Positions 49,771-60,349 of a stretch of 64,000 nt of DNA are shown here, piece after piece (the first letter of the stretch is position 1; every line of letters begins with the position of its first letter). The notes below the pieces were generated by a model that was not told the DNA's origin, made no database searches, and worked only from the letters and a program-made list of their open reading frames with translations. Position numbers and translations under genes: made by a program. Location: the NCBI GenBank assembly GCA_963774265.1, contig CAVZDU010000005.1:288001-352000 (forward strand), given 5' to 3'. Source of the stretch: an uncultured Chloroflexia bacterium. GTDB taxonomy: Bacteria; Chloroflexota; Anaerolineae; CG2-30-64-16.

Positions 49771-50374
49771 GTTATGGTTGGGCCGCAGCGGCGGATTGGC
49801 AGGCTTTGCGACGCTTGCACTCGCGGTCTGGCACATGCTGCGCAGCGTAGGTCACCCGGCTGGCCGCCAGACCGGCCCCGGCGCTCGGTTCTTGCGCGCC
49901 CCGATCCTGGCCCTGGCGACACTCCTGTTCGCGGCCGTGATGGCGTGGCTCTGGCGCCCGCTGCCCCTCGCCCTGCCCGCGCCTGTACGGTTGGCCTGCC
50001 TGGCGCTTGGCGCGCTGCTCTACTTTCCCAGCCTCGGCCTCTACCTGTGGGGGCTACGAGCACTGGGCGCCATGTTCACACCTTCCAGCGGGTTCGGCGT
50101 CAGGCTCCAGGCGGGGCATCGGCTAATCACGACCGGCCCCTATGCGCTGATCCGACACCCGATGTACCTGGCCGTCATCACCGCGGGCATCGGTGGGCTG
50201 CTGCTCTACCGCACGTGGGCGATGCTGCTTTTTGCGGTGGCGATGTTCGGTCTGACCGTCCGCGCCCACCGGGAGGAGGAGGCGCTGTCGGCCGAATTCG
50301 GCGCGGCCTGGGGAGCCTACTGCCGGCGCGTGCCGGCCTGGCTGCCGCACACGCTCCGGGAAGGCGAGGGGTAA
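49757..50374 (+). CDS. ICMT-family methyltransferase
   Basis: HRLITTGPYALIRHPMY, REEEAL. Confidence 0.85.
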   Translation: MDIFELWLGRSGGLAGFATLALAVWHMLRSVGHPAGRQTGPGARFLRAPILALATLLFAAVMAWLWRPLPLALPAPVRLACLALGALLYFPSLGLYLWGLRALGAMFTPSSGFGVRLQAGHRLITTGPYALIRHPMYLAVITAGIGGLLLYRTWAMLLFAVAMFGLTVRAHREEEALSAEFGAAWGAYCRRVPAWLPHTLREGEG

Positions 50375-50514
50375 ATGCACACTGCTGCTCTCACTCGTTA
50401 TGCCATTCGGGAGACCATATCCCGCTCGAAGACCGCACCTTGCAGGCGGAGCTGATCGGCTATGCTGATTATGCGCGCCAGGTGCGTTATCGCCTGCTGC
50501 CGGGCATCTGGTGA
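50375..50514 (+). pseudogene. Internally deleted copy of the 42900 ICMT gene
   Basis: CACTCGTTATGCCATTCGGGAGACCAT joined to CGCTCGAAGACCGCACC...TGGTGA. Confidence 0.8.
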
Positions 50515-50574
50515 GGTTGGAGGCTGGATACTGGATGCTGGTTATAGAGTGTGTTACTCCGGAGGAGGTTGACC

Positions 50575-51438
50575 ATGCCTGAGACAGAGTCGGTAACCCT
50601 GAGCGGCGTGCCTGAAACGTTGCTCATTCCGCTCTACGTCCGGGCGATAGAATCGCAGCGCCCAGACGCTATGATGAAGGATGAGAAAGCCGTGGCGCTG
50701 GTCACGCAGAAGAGCTTCGACTTCACCGGGGTCAGGCAGATCCCGATGAACGAGGCGCTCAACGTAATGCGGATCATGCAAGTCCGCGAAATGGACCGCT
50801 ACGCCCGGGATTTCCTCAACCGTCACCCGGAGGCGGTGGTGGTTGACATCGGGTGTGGCCTCGATTCGCGCTTTGAGCGCGTCTGCTCTGAGCGGCCGGA
50901 CAACGGCCAGGCGGAGTGGTACGACATGGACTTGCCGGAAATCATTGAACTGCGCCGCAGGTTCATTAGCGATGAGAAAGAGCGGTATCATCTGCTGGGC
51001 TGTTCGGTGTTCGAGGACACCTGGCTGGAGGCGGTCAGCGTACATCGCCAACGCCCCTTCCTGTTTCTGGCCGAAGGTGTGTTTGTGTACTTCGAAGAAG
51101 CGCAGGTCAAGTCGCTGGTGCTGACCCTGCTCAATCGTTTCCCAGGCTCGGAGATGGTCTTCGATGTCTTTTCGCCGTTCGGCGTCTGGGAGTGCAACTT
51201 CGCAATCTCTCGCTCCAAGCTCAGTGCCCGTGCCCACTGGGGTACCTGGCACGGCCGGGAGATCGAAGGCTGGGTCGGCGCCAGCCGAGCTGCCGGCAGC
51301 ATCCGCCTGCTCGATGAATGGGGAGTCTTCGACCGGCCTGAGCCGCGGCTGGACCCCTTTCGCTGGATGGCACCCATCTATCACCTGCTCAAGCCAGTGC
51401 GCATCTGCCACTTCCAACTTGGAAAAGCAGCCGGGTGA
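50575..51438 (+). CDS. TcmP-like O-methyltransferase (LCM family)
   Basis: ETLLIPLYVRA, IGCGLDSRF, WYDMDLP, LAEGVFVY. Confidence 0.85.
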   Translation: MPETESVTLSGVPETLLIPLYVRAIESQRPDAMMKDEKAVALVTQKSFDFTGVRQIPMNEALNVMRIMQVREMDRYARDFLNRHPEAVVVDIGCGLDSRFERVCSERPDNGQAEWYDMDLPEIIELRRRFISDEKERYHLLGCSVFEDTWLEAVSVHRQRPFLFLAEGVFVYFEEAQVKSLVLTLLNRFPGSEMVFDVFSPFGVWECNFAISRSKLSARAHWGTWHGREIEGWVGASRAAGSIRLLDEWGVFDRPEPRLDPFRWMAPIYHLLKPVRICHFQLGKAAG

Positions 51439-51579
51439 AAAGACTTTTCATTTCCGCAAAATACGTGTTTCCTCGCCTGCACATCGATGCCTTCTCACGC
51501 CTTTTGCAGAACAAGGAGATTCTTGACCTCCGGCGTGGTATAATGCCGTCCGTCCGTTGCTCATACAGGAGGCATCATC

Positions 51580-52488
51580 ATGGCCAGTGTCGCTGCCAGT
51601 CCGGCCAGCCGATCTCCCGCCCGCCGCATCGTTCTGGTCTCCATTGCGGCATCCATCGTCACCATGCTGCTCAAGTTCGGGGCGTACATGCTCACGCATT
51701 CGGTCAGCCTCCTCTCGGATGCGGCCGAGTCGTCGGTGAACCTGGTGGCCGCGCTGGTGGCATTCGGCGCTCTCACCGTCGCGTGCGCGGCCTGCCGACG
51801 AAGAGTTCCGTTACGGATACGAAAAGGCCGAATACTTCTCCAGCGGCGTGGAAGGCGCGCTGATCCTGGTCGCAGCGGTGACTATCATCTACACGGCGAT
51901 CAACCGCTTCCTCAACCCCTCTCCGTTGTACGGATCTCGGTCCCGGCCTGGGCATTGCCTTGGTAGCCTCCGGCATCAACTTCGGCGTCTCACGCTTCAT
52001 GCTGCACAAGGCCGAACAAGTACGACAGCATCACCCTGGAGGCCGATGCCCACCATCTCATGACCGACGTCTGGACGTCGGTGGGCGTGGTCGCTGCCCT
52101 CGTCGTGGTGATGTTCGCGCCGCCGAGCTGGGCGATCCTCGATCCGATCATCGCCGTGGCTGTGGCTTTGAACATCATTCGCACCGGCGTGAACCTCGTG
52201 AAGCGGTCGGCAGCCGGATTGATGGATATCAGCTTGCCCGCGGACGAGATGGATCAGATCGAGGAAGTGCTGCGGGCGAAGGAAGGCCAGGATGTCGTCT
52301 ATCACAAGTTTCGTACGCGTAAGTCTGCCTCACGGCGCTACGTGGAATTCCATCTGTTGGTGCCCGGCAATCTCAGTGTGCGGGCCGCGCACGATCGGTG
52401 CACCGCGATCGAGGCCGAGCTCCGCAGTCGGTGGCCCAAAACGCGGATAACGATTCATGTCGAGCCCAAGGAGACCGGGGGCGTGTAA
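51580..52488 (+). CDS. Cation diffusion facilitator (frameshifted)
   Basis: [28 protein letters not shown]...IHVEP. Confidence 0.8.
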
Positions 52489-52558
52489 CTGGTACCTTAT
52501 CGTTGTGATCGCGCGCTTGCTTCCGGGAATCGCCCCCTGACCCGGGCGCACGAAAACT

Positions 52559-52593
52559 ACCGGCCTTGCACAGCGCTGTGCAAGGCCGGTTTT
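52559..52593 (+). terminator. Palindromic terminator
   Basis: Perfect 32-bp palindrome ACCGGCCTTGCACAGCGCTGTGCAAGGCCGGT followed by TTT. Confidence 0.65.
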
Positions 52594-52644
52594 GTGATCA
52601 GCCTATAGAACTGGATTGGCAACGCAGGTTTTTTTCTTGGAACG

Positions 52645-52678
52645 AAAAGCGGACAGGCGCCTGCGTCCGTCCGCTTTT
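52645..52678. terminator. Bidirectional terminator
   Basis: AAAAGCGGAC...GTCCGCTTTT. Confidence 0.6.
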
Positions 52679-52723
52679 GCCAGGACCTTCGGGTTCGTGG
52701 CGAACCCGGAGGTCCGCCTGCCA

Positions 52724-52825
52724 TTAGTACCGCGTCGAGATCGTCGGTCGTGCCAGAACTACTCCGATGATTAGGCCAAGGATGAAGGCAATCAGTATCA
52801 AGATCAGAGTCACTTCTGGGTCCAT
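52724..52825 (-). CDS. 33-aa single-TM peptide
   Basis: MDPEVTLILILIAFILGLIIGVVLARPTISTRY; RBS AAAGGA; own terminator. Confidence 0.6.
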   Translation of the reverse strand: MDPEVTLILILIAFILGLIIGVVLARPTISTRY

Positions 52826-53047
52826 ATCGCCACCATCCTTTCTTGATCCAGCGACGATTGGGAGGTCAGGCCCCCGTCGTCCTGACTTGTAGTGCGTCGC
52901 CTCATGCCGGAAGTAAACCATGTTTCGAGGGCGCGGTCTATCGCCCCGTGGCATGAAAAGCCGAAAGCGACTTCGCCCGCGGGTTCGTAACCACAGGTGG
53001 GATGGGGTGGGTGATGTGCGCGGTGCGTCGCGGGTTAACCGCGCAGG

Positions 53048-53734
53048 TTAATCATTCAGCATGCCCAGGAAGCGCGCGAGCGCGACGGCCTGTTGCGTCT
53101 TCTGCACGCCGAACTTGTTGCGAATGCTGGTCAACTGGCTCTTGATGGTATCAATGGATGTGTTGCGCGCGGCCGCCAGGGCCTGGTACGACAGGCCTTG
53201 GGCGAAACCGGCGAGCACGACGCGCTCCGCGGGCGACAGCGGGGGGAGCCTGTTAGCGTCGGCCTCCAGCAGTTTCTCCGATGGCAGATCGAGGTGGAGA
53301 CGCAGTGCCTGCACGAGCGCGCCATCGTAATAGGTCCCACCCGCCACCAGCATCCGCACGATGGCGGCAAGGTCAGGCCGCCGGGCCTCCGGCATTTCCT
53401 TGCTCACAAAGGCCGCGGCCCCCCGATCGAGCGCGGCGATGAAGCGGGCCAGGTTTGGGAAATGCGAGAGGACGATGGTGTGCGTGGGCGAACCGGCGCT
53501 CCGCAACCGCTCCAACATGTTGAGCCCGGCGCGGTCGTCATCTGAGATGATCAGGTCGACGATGGCGATGTCGGGCTGCTCCGCCAGCACAAGATCGAAG
53601 AATTTACCCGGCTCATCGGTATCGCCGATGACGCGGATATCGCCAGCGCTGGTCAGGTCGCGGACGATGCCCGCGCGTTCCCAGCGGTTATCCTCCAGCA
53701 CTGCGACGGAGATGATGCGCGGTTCGGCGATCAT
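53048..53734 (-). CDS. NarL/LuxR-family response regulator
   Basis: VLED, IAIVDL, FVSK; LuxR HTH LSPAE...TIKSQLTSIRNKFG. Confidence 0.85.
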   Translation of the reverse strand: MIAEPRIISVAVLEDNRWERAGIVRDLTSAGDIRVIGDTDEPGKFFDLVLAEQPDIAIVDLIISDDDRAGLNMLERLRSAGSPTHTIVLSHFPNLARFIAALDRGAAAFVSKEMPEARRPDLAAIVRMLVAGGTYYDGALVQALRLHLDLPSEKLLEADANRLPPLSPAERVVLAGFAQGLSYQALAAARNTSIDTIKSQLTSIRNKFGVQKTQQAVALARFLGMLND

Positions 53735-56022
53735 GCCGCCACCCTTTCTCCTACCGGCAAGGGCAGGCGGATCGTGATGTGGGCGCCTTTGCCGGGCGCC
53801 GCCTGAATGTTGCAGGTGCCGCGCAGTCGCTCCGCGCGATCGCGGGCGTGTTTCAGTCCGCGTGGCTGCACCCACTCCGGGTTGAAGCCCCGGCCGTTGT
53901 CCACCACCTGAATACACACCCCATCGTCCTCGAGATCGCACGACAACGCCAGATGCGTGGTCTTGCCGTGGCGCAGGGCGTTCAGGATCAGCTCGCTCAG
54001 CATCAACTCGATCTCGGTGGGATAGGGTGGAGGCAGACTATCCGCGGCGGCCGTCCAGTCCACAGCTACGGTCATTTGGTAGATCTTGCGCAGCCGGTTT
54101 GCCACCACCTCCACTTCTGCGGAGAGGGGCCTCACTATCGCATCTTCCAGCGATTGATTGAGATAAGTGATCGCCTGCGCCATCTCGTCCAGCATCTCCA
54201 GGCCCGCGGTCAGTCGCTCCGCATCGATGGCATCGAGCGCCCCGCGCTGTAGCACGTCGCGGATGGCACTGCCGGCGTGGCTGGTGTTGCCTTTGAGTTG
54301 ATCGTGCACCAGTGCGCCGATTTCCTGGCGTTGCAGCTCCAGCTCCCGTTCGTCCAACTGCGCCTGCCGGATGGCGAGCGCGGCCAGGTCGGCAAACACA
54401 TTCGCGCCCTTCTTAAACGCATCGTTGAACTCCTGCGGCTGGCGGAAGTTCACGAACATGATGCCGACGCAATCGTACCCGGCGGCGAGCTTGTACACGG
54501 CGCGCGCTCGCACCTCTTCCCGCACCTCGAACCCGTGGGAGCGGGAGCTTCTGCGCTGGGAATCGGGCCAGAACGGCAGGTCGGGTGCGGGTGAACAGAG
54601 GTCTTCGCGGTAGTAGCACAATGCCGGGTCGGCCAGCAGCCGCACAAACAGGCCGCCCGGAACCATGCGCGGCGCGTGCACCAGGTCGGGCAAATTCAGT
54701 TTGCCGGCGCACGTGGGCGAGCTGACCGCGCCCGTTTGCGGGTTGCGCTCGTACAGCGCGACGATGTCCGCCTGCAGAAGGTCGCGGACGCCTTCCGCGA
54801 TCTGCTGCAGGGTGCCCTCCAGATCGTTCTGCGCCAGCAGCCGCACCGCCATGCTTTGGATCAGCTCGCTGAAGCGACGCCGCCAGCGGTGTGCACCCAC
54901 ATTATCCATCGTGCGGGCCAGCTGCACAGCGAGCACCTCCATCACGGCCTGGTCGTGCGGCATGAACGCCTGCGATCGATGCGCCTGCACATCGAGCACG
55001 CCCAGCAGCCGCTGATCGCGCTGGATGGGCACGACCAGCTCCGCTTTCGTTTTCTCGAATACCACATGGGGCAGGTAGTCGTCCGCATGCTCCGTGTCGT
55101 TGCGCAGCTGAGTCTGCCCGGTCTTCGCGGCGGCGACGACGAGGCTGCGTTCGTTGGTCAGGCTGAACCCGGCATCCACCAGTTGCTGCCCGGCGGGCGA
55201 GGCCGCAGCGACACACGTGAGCTTACCGTCGGGCTGCTGCTGAAACACGTTGACGTGGGGGAACGCGTAGTCTTCCCGAATGCGACTGACGGTCGATTTG
55301 AGCGCCAGCGCCATGTTCTGCGGACCAAGGTTGGCAATGGCGCTCTGCTCGTGTTCCCGCATCTCACCGGTGACATTGTGCAGCAGTTCTACGTCGGCGT
55401 ACAGGTTGCCCACAAAACGGACGAACAGATGCAAGGTGAAGCTGAGCAGCGAGAGCCACACGATCTTCTCCATCAGACCGAGCGCGATGGGCTCCGTTTG
55501 CGTGATGGCGGGCGCCACATCTGCTGCGATGACTGTGGTGAGTACGAGAGAGGCGATGGCCGCTGCCAAGGCGATCAGCATATGCTCGGTGGAGCTGCGC
55601 TGGCTGACGAAGAGCGTGCCGAGGAACAGGAGTAGCCACAGCGTGTGGTTGAGCCCGCCACGCTGGAGAAAGGTAGTGAACACGTAGAGATAGATTTGGA
55701 GCGCGGTGACGGCCGCAATAAGCATGAGGGCGCGGACCAACTCGTATACCTTGCGCTCGGGGCGTCCCTGCGCGGCGTCGCGTGCGCGACGCCAGTGTCT
55801 GAGCAAGAAAACCACCCAGTAGCCCAGGACCGTCACCAGGCCAAGGATGGGCTCATAGGGTGTCACGGTCACCAGCAGGACGAGGGTGATGCCGCCCGCA
55901 ACGATCAGCCCGTACCAGCGCTGGAAGAAGGCAATGCGGCCGCGGCGTGGCCTCGCATCGGAGAAAACGAGGCTATCCGATGCGAAGATGTCGAGCGTAA
56001 GGCGAATCCCTGGCACTGGCAT
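53731..56022 (-). CDS. Membrane sensor kinase: about 6 TM, 2 GAF, HisKA_3-like domain
   Basis: AELVVPI...GVLDVQ (GAF), LVHD, ELILNALRHG, DNGRGF. Confidence 0.85.
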   Translation of the reverse strand: MPVPGIRLTLDIFASDSLVFSDARPRRGRIAFFQRWYGLIVAGGITLVLLVTVTPYEPILGLVTVLGYWVVFLLRHWRRARDAAQGRPERKVYELVRALMLIAAVTALQIYLYVFTTFLQRGGLNHTLWLLLFLGTLFVSQRSSTEHMLIALAAAIASLVLTTVIAADVAPAITQTEPIALGLMEKIVWLSLLSFTLHLFVRFVGNLYADVELLHNVTGEMREHEQSAIANLGPQNMALALKSTVSRIREDYAFPHVNVFQQQPDGKLTCVAAASPAGQQLVDAGFSLTNERSLVVAAAKTGQTQLRNDTEHADDYLPHVVFEKTKAELVVPIQRDQRLLGVLDVQAHRSQAFMPHDQAVMEVLAVQLARTMDNVGAHRWRRRFSELIQSMAVRLLAQNDLEGTLQQIAEGVRDLLQADIVALYERNPQTGAVSSPTCAGKLNLPDLVHAPRMVPGGLFVRLLADPALCYYREDLCSPAPDLPFWPDSQRRSSRSHGFEVREEVRARAVYKLAAGYDCVGIMFVNFRQPQEFNDAFKKGANVFADLAALAIRQAQLDERELELQRQEIGALVHDQLKGNTSHAGSAIRDVLQRGALDAIDAERLTAGLEMLDEMAQAITYLNQSLEDAIVRPLSAEVEVVANRLRKIYQMTVAVDWTAAADSLPPPYPTEIELMLSELILNALRHGKTTHLALSCDLEDDGVCIQVVDNGRGFNPEWVQPRGLKHARDRAERLRGTCNIQAAPGKGAHITIRLPLPVGERVAA

Positions 56023-56162
56023 TAACTCCAAACGACGAACGGGCGGAACGCGCGGGGGCGGCCCACCATGCTGCGCATTATAGAGTGCGTGCGCTGCCGT
56101 GTCTATCCCCGCGTGGGGCGCGGTTATCGCCAATGCGGGTTAACCCTGTGGGTGATGCGCGC

Positions 56163-58111
56163 CTAGTCCAATTCGTGCTGCCCCGTGTACAGCTCGTAGT
56201 ACCGCCCGCGCTGCGCCAGCAGATCGTCGTGGTCCCCACGCTCGATGATCTTCCCGTCCTCGATCACCAGGATCGCGTTGGCGTTGCGCACGGTCGAGAG
56301 GCGGTGCGCGATCACGAAGACGGTCCGGTCCTTCATCAGCGTGTCCATGCCCTTTTCGATCAGGCGCTCGGTGCGCGTGTCGATCGAGCTGGTCGCCTCG
56401 TCCAGGATCATCACCGGCGGGTCGGCCACCGCGGTGCGTGCGATCGCCAGGAGCTGGCGCTGCCCCTGCGACAGGTTCGCGCCGTCCGCGGTGATCATCG
56501 GTCTGATAGCCCTGCGGCAGGCGCTTGATGAACGAATGTGCGTTGGCCTGCTTGGCCGCTTGCATGCACTCCTCGTCGGTGGCGTCCAGCCGGCCGTAGC
56601 GGATGTTCTCCATGACCGTGCCGGTGAAGAGGTGGGTGTCCTGCAGCACCATGCCGATCGAATCGCGCAGGCCATCCTTGCGGATTTGCTTGATGTCGAT
56701 CCCGTCGAAGGTGATACTGCCCTGCTCGATCTCGTAGAAGCGGTTGATCAGGTTCGTGATGGTGGTCTTGCCCGCGCCGGTCGACCCGACGAAGGCGATC
56801 TTCTGGCCCGGCTTGGCATACAGCGAGACGTCGTGCAGCACGACCTTGTCCGGCGACGTAGCCGAAGGTGACGTTGTGAGAAGCGGACGTCGCCCTTTAG
56901 CTCGGTGTAGGGCGGCAGCTCCTCAGCCTCGGGACAGTGCCAGGCCCAGTGCGTGGGATGTGCGCCGTTGCGGCTCGCCTCGATGGTCGCCGTCCTGCCC
57001 GATCGTCGCTCCCACCAGTGTCACGCACCCTTCGTCCACCTCGGGCGCTTGATCCATCATCTCGAAGACCCGCTCGGCGCCGGCCAGCGCCGCCAGCACC
57101 GTGTTGAACTGGTTGGAGATCTGCTGCACGGGCATGCCCACCTGGCGGGTGTACTGCAGGAAGGCCGCCAGCGAGCCGATGTCGAAGCGGCCCATCACCG
57201 CGAGCACGCCCGCCCACGAGGGCCGTGGCCGCATAGGCGATGTTGTTCAGGTTGCCCACGACGGGCATCACGACGCGCGGCGAAGAAGTTGGCGCTCGGT
57301 GGCGGCCTGGCGGTAGGCTTCGTTGCGCTTCTTGAACTCGGCGATGGCCGCGTGCTCGTGGCCGAACACCTTGACGACCTTCAGCCCCTCCACCATCTCC
57401 TCGACGTAGCCGTTGACGTTGCCCAGGTTCTGCTGCTGCTGCCGGAAGTAGTTGCGGCTCTTGCCGCCGATCTTGCGCATGATGAAGAACATCAGGCCAG
57501 CACCAGCCGCGGTGACGAGGAACAGGATCGGGCTGAGCATCAGCATCAGCACGATCGCGCCGACAAAGCTGAGCACGCTGGAGATGAGCTGTACCAGGCT
57601 CTGCTCGAACGCCATCTGCACGTTGTCGATGTCGTTGGTGAAGCGGCTCATCAGCTCGCCGTGGGTGTGGCTGTCGAAGTAGCGCAGGGGCAGGCTCTGC
57701 ATCTTGGCGAACAGATCGCGGCGCAGGGTGTTGGCAGGTGCGCTGGGCCACCTGGATCATGAGCCGGCTCTGCCCGTAGGACGCGGCCACGCCGACCAGG
57801 TAGATGCCGGCCAGCACGATCAGGCCGCGCGCCAGGCCGGCGAAGTCACCCGGCAGGATGTAGTTGTTGATCAGCGGCTTCAGGAAGTAGTTGCCGGCCA
57901 ACATGCTGCCGAGCTGAGCAGCATCAGGACCAGAACAACGACCAGCAGCGTCAGCCTACGCGCCTTCAGATAGCCCAACAGGCGGAGGGCGATCTTCGTG
58001 GCGTCCTTGGGCTTCTCAAAGTGGCCGCGTGGCCCCGGGGCCCGCGGCCCTGGCATGCGGCCGGCCGCGCTGGGCGGCCTTCTGAGTCGTGGTGCTTCTC
58101 GTGTCGCTCAT
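56163..58111 (-). CDS. ABC exporter, consensus half (many frameshifts)
   Basis: GSTGAGKT, LSQGQRQ, LDEATSS, IAHRL. Confidence 0.8.
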
Positions 58112-59875
58112 TGCGCCAGCACCCCCTCCTGCTGCGATTGGTTGATTTCCTGGTAGACCGTGTTGTCGGCCAGCAGGGACTCGGTGGGTGCCGACGCCGA
58201 CGATCTTGCCGTCGTCGAGCACGATGATCTTGTCCGCGTCGCGCACCGAGCTGATGCGCTGGGCGATGATGAAGATGGTCGTCTGCGCCAGGTTGTGGTA
58301 GAAGGACTCGCGGATGCGGGCCTCGGTCGCCGAGTCCACCGCGCTGGTGCTGTCGTCGAGGATCAGGATCTTCGGCTGCTTGAGCATGGCGCGGGCGATG
58401 CACAGCCGCTGCTTCTGCCCGCCGGACAGGTTCACCCCGCCCTGGCCCGAGCTCGGTGTCGTAGCCCTCGGGGAAGGACATGATGAAATCGTGGGCCTGG
58501 GCATCCTCGCAGGCGGCCTCGATCTCCGCCTGGGTCGCGTCCGCCCGGCCCCACAGCAGGTTCTCGCGGATCGTGCCGGAGAAGAGCGTGTTGTTCTGCA
58601 GCACCACGCCGATGGCGCCGCGCAGGCCGTCGAGCGTGATAGTCGCGCACATCGACGCCGTCCACCAGGACCGCGCCGCGCCGTGACGTCGTAGAGCCGG
58701 GGGATCAGGTTGACCAGGGTGGATTTGCCGGAGCCGGTGCCGCCGACGATGGCCGACCACCTCGCCGGGTTCGGCCGTGAAGCTGATGCCCGAGAGCACC
58801 TCTTCGCCGGTGCCGGTCAGGCTGTATTTGAAGGATACATCCGCGGAACTCGACCTTGCCCTGCGGTCACCTGCGGCAGTCGGCTGGCCGCCGTGCGGCC
58901 AGCGTGCGGGCTTGTCGACGATGTCCACCTCGGTCGTCCAGCACCTCGAGCACGCGCACGCCCGCTGGCCTGGGCGCGCGCGGACATGATGAAGACCATC
59001 GAGATCATCATCACGCTCATCAGGATCTGGAACACGTAGCTGAGGAAGCTGATCAGCTCGCCCGCGCCCAGCGTTCCTGCGAAGACCATGTGCCCGCCCA
59101 GCCAGATGATGGCGAGGGTCGCGCCGTTCATGACCAGCATCATCACCGGCATGTTCGAGGATGACGATGCTGACGGCCCGGATGAATGCGTTGGTCAGGG
59201 CGTCGTTGGACTTCTGGAACTTCGCGATCTCGAAATCCTGACGCACGAACGCCTTGACGACCCGCTGGCCGATCAGGTTCTCCTGGATCGTGCTGTTGAT
59301 CGCGTCGATGCGTCTCCTGCACGATGGCGAACCGCCTGGTGGCCGTCCTGAGGATGAACGCGATGCCGAGCACCAGCAGCGGGATGGCGATCGCGAGCAC
59401 CACGGAGAGCTCGGCGTTGATGCTGTAGGCCAGGACAAAGGCGATGATCAGCATGCAGCGGCGCGCGCAAGCAGGATGCGCAGCGCCATCATGAAGGTGA
59501 TCTGCAGGTTGTTGACGTCGTTGGTCAGGCGGGTGACCAGGGACGCGGTGCTGAACTGGTCGATGTTGGTGAAGGAGAACTGCTGCACCTTCGCGAAGAG
59601 CGCGTCGCGCAGGTTAGCGCCGAAGCCCATGCTGCCGACCGTCGACAGGCGCATGAAGATGATGCCGAAGCCGATCGCCGCGAGGGCCAGCAGCACCATG
59701 TAGAGCCCGATCCGCGCGATGTAGCCGACATCCTTGTTCGCGATGCCCACGTCGACGATCGTGGACATGAGCAGCGGCATGCTCAGCTCGCCATGACATC
59801 GAGCAGGATGAAGATGGGCGTCAGGAAAACGTACTTTTTGTACCGGCCCACGTAGCCGGCCAGTGTCTTGATCAA
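58108..59875 (-). CDS. ABC exporter, degenerate half (many frameshifts)
   Basis: TTG start MIKTLAGYV; SLVTRLTND, LSGGQKQR, LDDSTSAVD, IAQRI. Confidence 0.8.
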
Positions 59876-60096
59876 GGGTGACTCCTTCCCGTCCGCGACG
59901 GATTAGATATTGTACGCCCGTGGTGGCGTAGGACAAATTTCCGCCCTGCTCAGTTGTCCCCAAGGTCAATCACGGGAGCGGCTGACGTGGCGCCCGTACC
60001 GTCTCGAATCTCAAAAACTGACCCCTTCACGGCGACTCTTTCGGGTGTATAATAGGCATGTGGTGAAGCGCGGACAGGCTCCGCAGGAGGTGACTC

Positions 60097-60330
60097 ATGA
60101 GCGAGCAGCGCGCAAGTTGGCCCAGGCGGTTCTACCGCTGGCTCTTCGGGGGTCCGTTCCGCCAGTTGCCGCCGGCCTTTGGCAACCCGGTTCCACCGGA
60201 CCTGCAGCAGTTCGAGGAAGAGGCGGCTGACGCGGGGCGCCGGGGGATCGGCGGGGTGGCTCGGCAGGCGCCGGCACATCACGCAAAGACGCACCCGGCG
60301 CGCGGGGATGAGTCGCTAGAGCGACAATAG
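60097..60330 (+). CDS. Small hypothetical protein, 77 aa
   Basis: TATAAT near 60048 and RBS GGAGGTG. Confidence 0.5.
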   Translation: MSEQRASWPRRFYRWLFGGPFRQLPPAFGNPVPPDLQQFEEEAADAGRRGIGGVARQAPAHHAKTHPARGDESLERQ

Positions 60331-60349
60331 CCAGCGCGGCCGGCCTGAC

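Noticed and set aside
56163-59875. ABC exporter and mgtA as pseudogenes or programmed frameshifts
   Set aside because: Catalytic motifs are intact and scattered single-base indels occur across many unrelated genes, consistent with uncorrected long-read errors.
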